A stretch of 64,000 nt of DNA. Origin: Lytechinus pictus. Lineage: Eukaryota. A program made the position numbers and the translations under genes. The first letter of the stretch is position 1; each line of letters starts with the position of its first letter. Under the pieces are notes generated by a model that worked only from the letters and a program-made list of their open reading frames with translations, did no database searches and had not been told where the DNA came from. Of the stretch, positions 36,601 to 49,300 are shown in pieces. The DNA is taken from NCBI RefSeq assembly GCF_037042905.1, contig NC_087250.1:14448001-14512000 (forward strand). Direction: 5' to 3'.

Positions 36601-39600
36601 TTTGCATCTAAATATCAGAAGCCTTAACAAGAATTTTCAACAATTTCGTTTATTTTTAGATAACTCGGGTGTTCCCCAAAATACAGTAATAGGTTTAACT
36701 GAGACATGGCTGTCAGATAAATATATTAATATGAATGCACTCCCAGGTTATATACTTACAAATAATCGTGTTGATAAAATTGGTGGTGGTGTTGCAATTT
36801 TTGTGCCGAGTCTATTTGAGTATGTTATTATTGAAGACATGAATTTAATAAATGAAACTGCAGAAACTTTTTTTATGGAAATTAGTGATCGTGATAACAG
36901 AAAAACTGTATTGGGAGTTGTTTATAAGCCTCCTCGCAGCAATAGTGCTGATTTTCTAGACACTTTAAATAATTTACTACATTATCATTCTGTTCAAAAC
37001 AAAAGATGTATCATAATGGGAAACTTTAACTATGACCTGTTAGCGAGTGATACTAATATTTTTGCAAATGACTTTTTAGAGACATTCCTTTCTGCCTCCT
37101 TTTTGCCACTTATTTCTAGACCCACTAGAATCACTAATACTTCCGCAACTCTGATTGACAATTTTTTCTCCAATATAAGTTCAGAATTTAAAGCTGGTAT
37201 AATTATCTCAGACATGTCTGATCATTTCCCGATTTTCATGTATTGTTCTAATCAATATCAGCCAAACAAACTTCCCGATTATGTTTCTAAGAGGCGTGTG
37301 TATAGTGATATAAATATATCTCGTTTGAAACAGAGTTTAGAAGAAGAATCTTGGGATGAAAAATTTAGTACAGAATGTGTTGACGAGTCCTACGAAACAT
37401 TTATTGATACCTTCATTAGTCATGTTAACGAAAATATTCCTTTTGCAAAGCCCAAGTCCAAAAACTATAAAAGATCACCCAGACTACCTTGGATAACGAA
37501 TTCAATTCTTCGTTCGATAAATAGAAGAAAAAAAAATCGATTTTACTATAAATATATATCAAGATTAACTGAGAATACTAGGAGCCAATATACTAATTAT
37601 AAGAATATACTAACAGGGGTCATCCGTACTGCTAAAAAGGCATATTACCATGATCAATTTAATCAATGCAAGAATGATCTTTAAAAAACATGGAAATTGA
37701 TCAATTCTACCATCAATAATGGACCAAAGTTTTCAAAGATAACTAAGCTTATGCATAGTGATTCTATTATTGAAGATAAAGTTCAGATGGCAAATATTTT
37801 CAACAATTACTTTTCACAAGTTGGATTTAAGCTCTCTAGAAGTATACCAACAAACTCCCATTCATTTCATCAATATCTGGGGGATAGAAATCAAAGTTCT
37901 ATGTTTTTCTCTCCTACGAACGCACAGGAGATAATTAAAATTATATCTAGCCTAAAATCAAATAAAATGCAGGATTTGATAACATTGATAACAACCTTTT
38001 ACAGAAATTTATTAATTATATAATTGACCCTCTTATTTATATATTCAATTTGTCATTATCATCGGGAAATATTCCAAAATCAATGAAAATTTCTAAGATA
38101 ATACCAGTCTTCAAAAAAGGTGATAGTTCTTTAGCAAGTAACTACAGACCTATTTCATTGCTTACAAACTTATCTAAAATTCTTGAAAATTGGTTCACAT
38201 ACGAACCATATGGTTTTTTTTAAAGCACAACATCCTATCCGATACTCAATTTGGTTTCCGGGAAAAGAGTAGCACTTCCCACGCAATACTTTCAGTAGTT
38301 CAAACAGTTGCCAAAGCTTATGACAAGTCTTCGAATACGATTGGTTTGTTTTTAGATTTTTCAAAAGCATTCGATACAGTTGATCATAACATTCTCCTTT
38401 ATAAACTTTCTCATTATGGAATTAGAGGGGAATCACTAAAGTGGTTCAAGAATTATCTAACCGGGCGTTCACAGTTCGTTTCACTTGATTGTGATATTTC
38501 TGAACGTAAACCTGTCCTTTGTGGAGTTCCACAGGGCAGCATTCTTGGCCCACTTTTGTTCATTACTTATATAAATGATATTGATATGTCATCTAGATTG
38601 CTTCAATTTATACTTTTCGCTGATGACTCTAATATATTTCTGTCGCACCCCGACCCAGAGCAATTGACGCAAATATTCAATGACGAACTAAAACATGTTT
38701 CTAATTGGATAACAGCTAACAAAACTCTCTCTTAACCTAGAAAAAACTCGCTACATGCTATTTAGCAACAAGATTATGACTGTACCAAAAGATGTAATTT
38801 TAAATGATACTGTCATTCAAAGAGTGCGATCTACTAAATTTTTGGGACTGATCATTGACGAAAAACTTTGTTGGAAAGCACATATTGATAATATTTGTAA
38901 AATCATTGCTCGCAACATTGGTGTCATTAGAAAATTACGTTACTTCTTACCTCATTATATTTTGTTATCATTGTATTCAACGTTAATTTTACCTTACTTG
39001 AATTACGGAGTTGTTGCGTGGGATAACGCAGCGAATTATCACATTAATAGACTTTTTATTTTACAAAAAAGAGTGATTCGTATTATTAGTCATGCAGAAT
39101 TCAGGGCACATACAAATATTCTGTTTTTGAGAAATAAAGTCTTGAAGGTTAAAGATTTATATTCTTTTCAACTCGGACAGTTAATGTACAAATTTATCAA
39201 TAAACAATTACCGTTACTTTTTAATGATATGTTTGTAAAAAATGATACAATTCATAAGCACTTCACTCGCCAGGCGAGTTCCTTTCATTTACCTCTCAAT
39301 AGAACATCGTTTGCACAGAAGACATTTGTTTTTACTGGTCCAAAATTATGGAATTCTATTTCAAAGGATATTATACAATGTAATTCAATACAACATTTCA
39401 AAGGAAAAAAATATCTTCTGAATTCATATTAGATTATCGTTTTTTCCCAAAGTAATGTAATTCAGAACTTAATATGTAATGTGTTTATTAATTTCTCTTT
39501 GTATATATGTTTAATCGTTTCATGATTCCTGTATACAGTGTATACTGAATCATTTATTTCTATTATTATCTTTTTTTTTTGTTCAATATATATATATATA

Positions 39601-40344
39601 TATTAACAAAAATACTGTAAAAATTAGCTACAGCTGCATGAAAAACGTAAATGCGATCATCAAATCACAGTATCACACAACGAAAAAGTCATCAGAAAAT
39701 CAAAAGAAGAAGAGAACCCTCCGGAAAAAACATGCAACTGCCGAGTGAAAGAAGACTGCCCTCTACGGGGAAACTGCCTGGCCAAGTCGATAATATACAA
39801 AGCATCTGCCACGCACGGCCAAAGAGATACAATCACCAAAGTGTATTTTGGCCCAGCAGGGGGAACTTTTAAAGAAAGATTCAGAAACCACACAAAATCT
39901 TTCCGAAACGAGAAATACCAAAACGAAACAGAACTATCTAAATACATATGGGATCTACAAAAGAAAGGGGAACGATACAATTTAAAATGGGCAATAATGA
40001 AAAAATCCAACTTGGCAATGCGGGGAAGTGGAATCTGCAACCTATGCTTAGACGAAAAACTCATTATCGCAACTCACAAGAAAAACTCACTCAACCGAAG
40101 GTCCGAACTAATCAGTACATGCCGTCACAAAAGAAGGATCAAAGAACCGCCGGACCGTGAAATGCATCCATTGCCCCAACCGAGGGCCCCCACCAAATCC
40201 AACTAGCTTAAGTGTCCTGATGAGCCGCCTGTGATCGAGGCGCGAAACCATTGGTAGACCAGAGGTGAGGAAAATTTCTACAACGCTCTGCTTCAGTTGA
40301 AACATCGAGCACTTTCCCTGAACTTGATACATCCCAATTTAATT

Positions 40345-40379
<35 letters not shown>

Positions 40380-43300
40380 TATGTCTTTATTTTATCTTAT
40401 TTTCTTATTCATAAAGTTTACTTATAAAAGGGGGCCTTCACCCTACAAGTTCTGCTTTTTAGTTGGTCTCCTTTCCTTTCGATTTCATGGTTTTATTGTA
40501 TTATAAAAAAATGATTGAAATGTTATATTTTGTAAATATGTATATTGAACTATCATTGTAAATGTAAAAAGATTGATAGAGAAAATGAATGAATTTAATT
40601 GAATTGAACTCTTTTGGCGCGTATATTCATGTCCTCTGAGGGAGGGCGCTATGAGATTATGATACTCAACTTATTTCCACATTTTTTACAGTGTCATTAT
40701 ATCCCACAGATATCGCACTCCTGACACTCCTAGCCCGTTCCTTGATATATCTGACTACCTTGTCAGTCGGCAGGTAGAGCAGTAACGATGATTATTAACT
40801 CCCGCATTTAGACTTTTAATATAGGACCAAATTTGAATAGGAACGATGAACTAATATAGTCCTATTCCATGACATTTGCTCCGGCGACAATTGCTTCGAT
40901 GGAAAATATGCACATTACTCCAAACATAAAACCTAACTTCCAGAACTAAAATAATAAACCCTGATCTTTAGAGTATTCTGAACTAAAAACTCGTTTACAA
41001 TCCTATCCTATGCCATCTATTAGAGTACCGAAGTGTGACGTCAGTTGCGGGCTGGTTCTAAACAGAGTCGCAGCTGACGATCGTCTGTAGACATTTTTAT
41101 GACTTTGGCTTGTCTGAAAAAAAGGTTGCAAGACAGTGATCAAATTCCGAAAGCAGCCATTTTCTCCTAGGAGAAACACGCTTTCATTCGGCGGGTTCAT
41201 TTGTATAGAACCAGGCCGCCATGACACCATGACAGCTGACGTCATCGCTTCGGTACTATATACCCGAGAAAATGTCTCATGGGCATAATGTCGTGTCACA
41301 AAATCAACATCTGTGTTTCATAATTCCTAGATCCTGATAGACACACAGCACGATGTAACTTCGAGACCAATCTATGTTCGTTCTCACACATTCCGTGGGA
41401 CTATCCCTGGGTTCGTACGGCCAGTGTCCATGTTCCCGACAAACAGTACGCACCGACCAGAGATCACACAACCAATGGAGCCAGCGGATACTACTTGCTG
41501 GCCGAAGCCTTCGGGAGAGACAAAGGGGACGTCGCAAGGATTGCGTCGCCGGTTTTCCTGGAAACAGGAATAGCGTCGACGTGCACCGTAAGTTCTACAA
41601 CCAAATCTCAAAATCTGCGCTGTCGAATGAACATTTTGACAAAGACGTTAAGATCTGCATGATCCAAGAAAATGATGAAATAGTCAACATATAAGGAGCT
41701 CAATATCCAATCTAAAAAAATTAAAGTGCTAAAATCAGCATTTTTCATCTTTAAGAGCTCGGATATACCCGCGTGTATATCGACTGCTTTTGGGGTGCTC
41801 AGTGTACATGACGTGCTGTTTTGCCACTTCAAGTGTTGCAAATCAGCACCTCAAAGGCATTCACTTTATGAGATCTTAAGGATGCCGGTTTAACACTTTG
41901 TCTTAAGAGTGTTTGAAAGAATCTTTACCAACATTATGTTTTGGTTTCTCTGACGATTATTATCTTGCTCATGCTTCGATACGTATCGTGATAATATTTC
42001 AGCAAGTATGGGTTTGTAAAATGTTCAAAAAATATTGTCTTCACGCAGATACGGCTCTACATTTTTGGCAATGGTCCTGACGTTGGAACCTTAAACATAT
42101 ACACCAGGACGACCAATGGGGGCGCTCTTAGTCTTGTCCGTAGTTATTCCAACTTTGCAAGCGACAGTTTTATCTATATTGATGAGAGTTTGATCGTTCT
42201 TGACAATTTCCAGGTAAGTTCGGCTTTTAAGCTAATGCAATTTCTCCCATTGCTTTCGTGACTTCCACAATTCATTTCAACACTGAGTTTTCATATGATT
42301 ATAGTCTTTCATAAATATCACAATGTGATTGTGTCACCGCATTGGATTTCTTTCAATTGAAACTTAAGAAATAGTTTTGTATTGTTCACTGTATGTAACA
42401 TCTTGTATTTTTACTTTTGGTGTCAGGAGTGGGATGTACCTTCTTGTAATTTAGTACCTTACATTCTAATATATTCCCTATTTCGTTTTGTAGCTTTCCC
42501 GGGTTTCTTTTACAACAAGCGTGAAACCTACTCAACTCATTGCATCTATATATCATAAAGATATATTAAATCTAATTTCTAAATGGTTTAGACTTTAGTT
42601 CACTCAATAATTAGAAAACACGGCAACTGTTTTACGTAGCGCCTGTTGACATCTAAATAATCAATTAAAAATAATTCCAATTCTGCGACCAAAAATATAT
42701 CCATGAGATGGGAAGAAAAAGACAAATCGGGTAGATGAAGTCAAACAAAGTGACGTTGTGTTCATAATCTTTGTCATAATATTCGAGAAATAAATTCTAG
42801 CATTCCATCGAAGTGACAACGAGATAACTGTGTTAGTCTGGAGTTAAACAAAGTAAAACACTAACGGGATCCCTCAGGGTTCAATTCTAGGGCCAGTGTT
42901 ATTCCTAATATACATCAACGACCTTCAAAATATTAGTACTAATACATCAGTGATACAATTTGCTGATGACACTAGTTTCTTCCTGTCAGGCAATAATATT
43001 GAATAGATAAAAAATAACTTACAAAATGAGTTGAGAATCTATGAGCAATGGTTTTTATGTAACAAATTACAAATCAATGCTAAAAAAACTTCATATGTTA
43101 TATTCCACACGAAAGGCAGATCCATCAACTGTGATATGCAATTAATGATAAATAACATCGAAATAAAACGAGAAAATACTGTGAAATTTCTTGGCATATG
43201 GATAGACTCACAATTAACTTGGAAAGATCATGTCGGGTATATTTCAGGGAAAATATCAAGATTTACTGGAGCATTATATACAGAGTAAGGGACCTCCTCC

Positions 43301-46300
43301 CACTGAGGGTCCTTGTAAATTTATATTATTCGATGATTTTCTCGCATCTTACTTATGGTATAACTGTATGGGGACAATGTCATAGATACCTTTTCCAAAG
43401 ATTATTTCAACTACAAAAACAGTCTATCCGCATTATAACAAACTCAAATTATTATGCTCACTCCGAACCATTATTATAAAAAACTACAAATTATCCCTTT
43501 GAATGACCTTTATAAGTTTCACGTTGCAGTCTTTATGTATTCTATTATACATAATCTACTTCCTCTCTCAATTAATGAATATTTCCTCTATAACTATAAC
43601 GTAAATAAATATAACTGCAGAAATTCTACAGACCTATATATTCCACTTCTTAAATATGATGTTTCCAGAGCAAGTATATGCTATCAAGGGCCCCAGATTT
43701 GGAACAGCCTTCCAAATCATTTAAAAGATAGTCAATCATTAAACATATTCAAGAGAAAATACAAACATGCTCTCTTACATACTGTACTATAGCTTAATCT
43801 GCTTCTTATGTCATACAGCATGTTGGTGCAAGTACTTTTTTTTTCTTCTTCTTTTAATTCATATTTATCATAAAATATAGAATAATTAAGTGAAATTCTA
43901 AATGTTATATATACATCTGTATCAGTATATTTATGTGTATATACGCCATAATGACTTATTACAACACAATATTATACAATATTAAATAATTAACACTTGT
44001 GTCCCCTCCTTTGCCTGCCACCCCCCCCCCCCTCTCCCCCGCTAGTTAGGATTTTAATTCCTCTGTTATCCCCTTTCTTGCATTGTGTTTGTTTTGTTTT
44101 TCCTGTTGTACGGTAATCAGGGGGATAGACCTCGATAGGCCAATGGCTTTCTGTCTTTCCCCCACATCCGCCGTACAGCGGAAATCATTGTTTTTATTTA
44201 CTGTGTTTTACTATCTGTTTATGACTACTTATACTTTATACTTGTCAATATCTGTTCTGTCGTATAAGATTTTTATTTGTATTTATGTATTTTTGTATTT
44301 TAAAGAGGTGTGAAATAAATGAATCTGAATCTGAATGAAAGAATGGGTTTAATTATCATTCACAAGACAAAATTCTACACACTTCATACGTACATACTTT
44401 ATCGTCTCAACAGGTTATCATCGAAGCGAAAGTTGGCGAAGGGCCCGAAGCTGCCATCGCGATCGATGACGTCAGCTTTTTGAACTGTGACCTCTCCGAA
44501 GATCCCCTTCCTATCGGGTCCACGACCCCTGGTCCGACCACCCTGGCGCCCTGTCCGAACGAAGAAGACTTCCAGTGCGGGGATGGCCAGTGCGTGAGAG
44601 AACACGAGGTCTGCGATTTTCTGACCCAGTGCTATAACTCTATGGACGAGAGATTCTGCGGTAGGTCAAAAAAACAATCTAATTTTTTTGAAAAAAAAAG
44701 TTTTGGAAAAATCTATTTAGGAGGCGCTGTGTGTGTGCGTGTGTGTTTGTGTGTGTGTGATAGCCGTTGGCTGCAAGTGAGAATATGCTTGTGTGCGCGT
44801 GCATGAATAAAAATCTAACTAGAAAGAAAAGTTTGGAGTCATCTGAATGTGGAAAGGATATGTGTAATGGTGTGTATGGTTGTGTGTGTAATGGTGACTG
44901 CATGTGGAAGTATGCTTGTGTATGCGTGCGTGATGGTGGATGCATGTGGGTGTGTGAGTACATGTTATTCGGTTAGGATTCTTATTTGGGTATGCTTGGA
45001 TGTATAGGAGTGCGTTTACGGGATTACAAGTCATGTGCTTCTTCAAAGGCCAACATAGCTTTTGGTCTGTAAATGGCTAATTTCTTTTATTAGCAACTAT
45101 AGTAAAACAATTTCACGAATGATTTGTGCCCAATATACTTAGCGTAGTTTAAAACCCTTTATCCGAAAAAGCAAAGACTTTTTTTATATTTTTTCTTCAA
45201 CGTTCACAAAATACCTTGACATTATGTAGAGCGAGCCATTCAATTAACTTACTATTTTTAACTATTTGCAGGAAATTGTGAATTTGATGAGGATTTCTGT
45301 GGCTCTGTTCATTTCGGCTGGCGTCGACGGGAAGCCGGTTCGGATCCGGATTATCTCCCAACCGATCACTATTCAAACCCGGCAGGTATAGTAAAATAAT
45401 TTCATACCCCTCATCCAGATAAAAATTGCATAGAACGCCGCACTGGCGTAAATCCGTGTTGATGGGTGGGGGGGGGGATGACTGATATATTTTGGCATTT
45501 TTTTGCAATCATGTTTTTAGATATGCAAGGAATTGTCATTGATATGTCCACAGTGGCGTACCGTGGGTCACGGCGATGGGGGGGGGGGGCACCAGCAAAA
45601 TTTTTGAATCACTGAGTGAGCGCGCTCAGTTGCCAGTTATACTGATCTAATAGAGACATTTTAAGGATAATGTCACTAAACGGATATGTATCTCACTGAT
45701 CAAATAATGTGAGCGCGAAGCGCGAGCTGAAATTTTTTTATATTCACACCTTAAAAGTGACATTATAATCAAATTTGTGTAATCATGATAGGTACCTGTC
45801 TCACTAAACAATGCGAGCGCGAAGCGCGAGCTGAAATTTTCGTATATTTTGACCCCAAACAGCGAGATTTTAAGGAATATATTTTAGGAATCCATTAAGA
45901 GTATGCATATCTCACCATAGTCATCTAATGCGAGTGCCAAGCGCTTGCTGATTTTATTATAATTACATCTGAACACAAACACTTTTTGTAGTCATTGCAA
46001 TCATGATTATCATACGCATCTCACTAATCAAATATTGCGAGCGCGAAGCGCGAGCTGAAAATTTAGATGATTCAGACCTGAAGTGGGGCATTCTAAGGTT
46101 TCTTTGCCATGTTTGTAGGAATTAACTAGGACCATACGTATTTCATTAAACCAAACCAAATGATGCGAGCGCGAAGCGCGAGCTGAAAATTTTTGATATT
46201 CAGATCAGAAGAAGGGACATTTTAAGGACTGATTTTAGGAATTCATGAAGAGCAGACATATCTCACCAATCCACTAATGCGAGCGTAATCACGGACAGTA

Positions 46301-49300
46301 AATGTTTCATATATACGAAGACCTTTACATGGGGCAATCACTTTTTGAGTCATGTAAAAGAAGCATATGTCACTACATAAAACAGTGATAACTCAAGTGC
46401 TAGGAAATATATTTGGTTTATATTGACTTTAAACGGGATGTTTTAGTACAACAGGATTATAAATCTCGTTAAAAAGACAATGCGAGCACCAGGAACAATG
46501 AAGACGTAGGCCCTGGGCAAATTATGTTTCATAAAGTTATGATAAAAATGTTTCTTATGTAATGTAACATAACATAATTATAATATAATATAACATTGTC
46601 ATGAATAATATTTTCTTCTTTCCCACTACGTTTCTCTTCCTTTCTCCCTCTTTTCTCCTTTTCCCCTTTTCCCCGTTTTTTTTTACGCCACTTTATGTCC
46701 ATATGGCAAATACCCCTCCAATGTTATTATTTTTTTTTACCCCATGATGGTTTAATGGTTTTATTAGAGATTACATTCAAAATGTTATGACATTCCATCT
46801 TAATCCCTTCCCAAAGACCCCAACATTGATGAATTGGAAGAAACGGGGGTTTCTCTTCAATGTTATAACAAGGACATAAGTATTTCGTTTGGAAATGGTG
46901 AACTGGCTCTTTATTTGCATTTTATGATTCAATAATATTGTTTTATTTTGTTAAGCGGTATTTTAAGAAGAATTTTCACCAATAAAACAATTATCTCTTG
47001 TGATTTTTTTCATTTCTTTCGTAAAAAGTGGGAGGGGGATGTTTGTACAGGCCATCCCCCCCCCCTCCTCGAAAAGTTGGGGGGGTATATCCCCCCATCC
47101 CCCCCCCCCCCCGGGATTTACGCCAGTGATAAGACGGAATATCTATCATTGATTTCATTAGGAGGCTAGAGCTACAACGCACTCTTTGGGGTCCAAAAAA
47201 GTACTCCAATTGGCATGGGCGAAAATCTGTCCCGAAAGGTAGGGGGGACAACAGGGGCGGATCCAGCCTTCGCCAATGGGGGGGGGGGCGATTTTTTTTT
47301 CAGCCATATGTTAATCCCCGATCGGCCGCTCGAAGATGATTTTTGTTTGTTTCATTGAAGGAGTAGTCCTCATGGCCACTTTTTAGCTTTATTCTTATAA
47401 TTCAACATACATATATAATATCATAATCCTTATCTATATAAAAAAAAAATTGGGGGGGGGGGAATTTTATGTATTTTTTCCTAAAATTTGAACATTCTGG
47501 GCAATGTTTGTTATCCTGAAAAAGATGTATATGCAACTAAATAATTACTTCGAACGCGAAGTGCGAGCCGATGTTAACTGATGGAAAAGGTTTGATTTGA
47601 TTTGATTTGATTTATTTATTTCCGTTTCACAATTGTACATAATATGATAAACATAACATAACAAGGTCGAAAATACTACAAGACAAAATATAATATATAT
47701 AACATAATCATAGATTTAAGGAACACAATTCAGTAAATAAAGATATCTCAAATGACATTTGTATTTAAAAGTAAAACGGAGGGACTTGCCGAAAAAAAGC
47801 AAAGCTTGTACAAGAGACAAGCCCCTATCTTAGTTACATTACAAAATTACAACAAATAAATATTGGGTCTTAATAATAATTTTGTTTAAAAATAAATATA
47901 AACAATTTTTGTGCACTTGACAAAAACGTAACTGATGGATCGTGTGAGAAAAAATTACGTTTTACAATATTATAAGAGAGGAGGAGGTGAGGGGGAGACA
48001 GGAGGGACAGAGGAGTGCAGTACACTAAGTAGAAAGAAAGAAGAAGGCGGGCAGCAGGAGCAGGTACTTTGGCTAATTGCAATTTTAAGAAGAAAATAAT
48101 TAAACGAATAATATACATGACTATGTATATAATATGAGCGCATATAATACGCATATACACAATAGTCGAGTATGATTAAATTAGTTATTCAGCTTGACCT
48201 GTTTGCGACGAGTATTGCAGAATTAACATTTTTTTCAGTTTGCGTTTAAAAATATTTACATTGGGGGATTCTTTGAAATCTTGAGGCAGAGAGTTCCAGT
48301 AGGCAGGCCCAGAGAAGACAAATGAATTCTTTGCAAATAAAGTTCTTTTTAAAGGGAGATGATAATATTGTCGTTGCCTTGTTGGGTAGCAGTGTACGGA
48401 TGTATTTTTACGGAACATATTAGAGAAAATGGCGGGAAGGTCGTCCTTGCTTAATTTAAACATAAATTGACTAAGTTCGAAAAGATACATGTCACTTACT
48501 TTAAGAATGTTATTTTCAAAAAATAAGATATCAGTATGTGATCTAAAGTGTGTTTGAAAAATTATTCTTAGAGCTTTTTTCTGAAGAAGTAATATTCTAT
48601 TTAGTTGTGTTTGTATTGCACATCCCCAGGCAATAATTCCATAATTAATATATGGTAGAATAAGGGTGTAATATAATGTTAACAAAGTGCGGGAAGGGAG
48701 AAAATGTTTGAGTTTATTAATAATTCCAATGTTTCTAGAAATTGTTTTACATATACTATCGATATGAGGCTTCCAGGATAATTTGTCGTCAATAAGGACA
48801 CCCAAGAATCTGGTAGTGCAAACATTATTAAGAACGAAATTATCAAAGAAAATACTGTCAGGTAGAGTATTGATTTTATTGCTGAAAAGCATGTAGTTAG
48901 TCTTCTGGTGATTAAGCGAAAGTTTGTTGGCCTTGATCCAATCTGTAACATTTGTTAGTTCAAAATTTACGATTCTAACGAGTTGGTTAATATCATCATG
49001 GGAAAAGAAAATATTGGAGTCGTCAGCAAAAAGTATAAATGAAAGTAAATTTGATGTATTTTTAATATCATTGATGTAAGTAATAAAAAGAAGTGGGCCT
49101 AATAGGCTACCCTGTGGGACACCGCAAGTAATTGGAAGAGTAGTCGAATTGCTATTATTTACTGATACAAATTGGGTCCTATCAGTGAGGTAACTCCTGA
49201 ACCACTCCAAGGCCTTCCCTCTAACTCCATAATGACACAGTTTATGAAGGAGAATTTCATGATTTATAGTGTCGAAGGCCTTGGAGAAGTCCAGGAAAAT

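Larger units (their letters stand above)
36028..40608 (+). mobile_element. Near-full-length L2/Crack-group LINE with frameshifted ORF2, interrupted in its 3'UTR by a Penelope fragment
   Basis: ORF1 C-terminus 36030-36352 (PIIVRF..FLNENL..YKFLW); ORF2 pieces 36401-39432 (HLNIRSL, LTETW, SDHFP, DFSKAFD, GVPQGS, FADD); (GAATT)n tail. Confidence 0.92.

Noticed and set aside
44725..45020. Cys-rich ORF 44767-44976
   Set aside because: Translation of degenerate (GT)n low-complexity DNA
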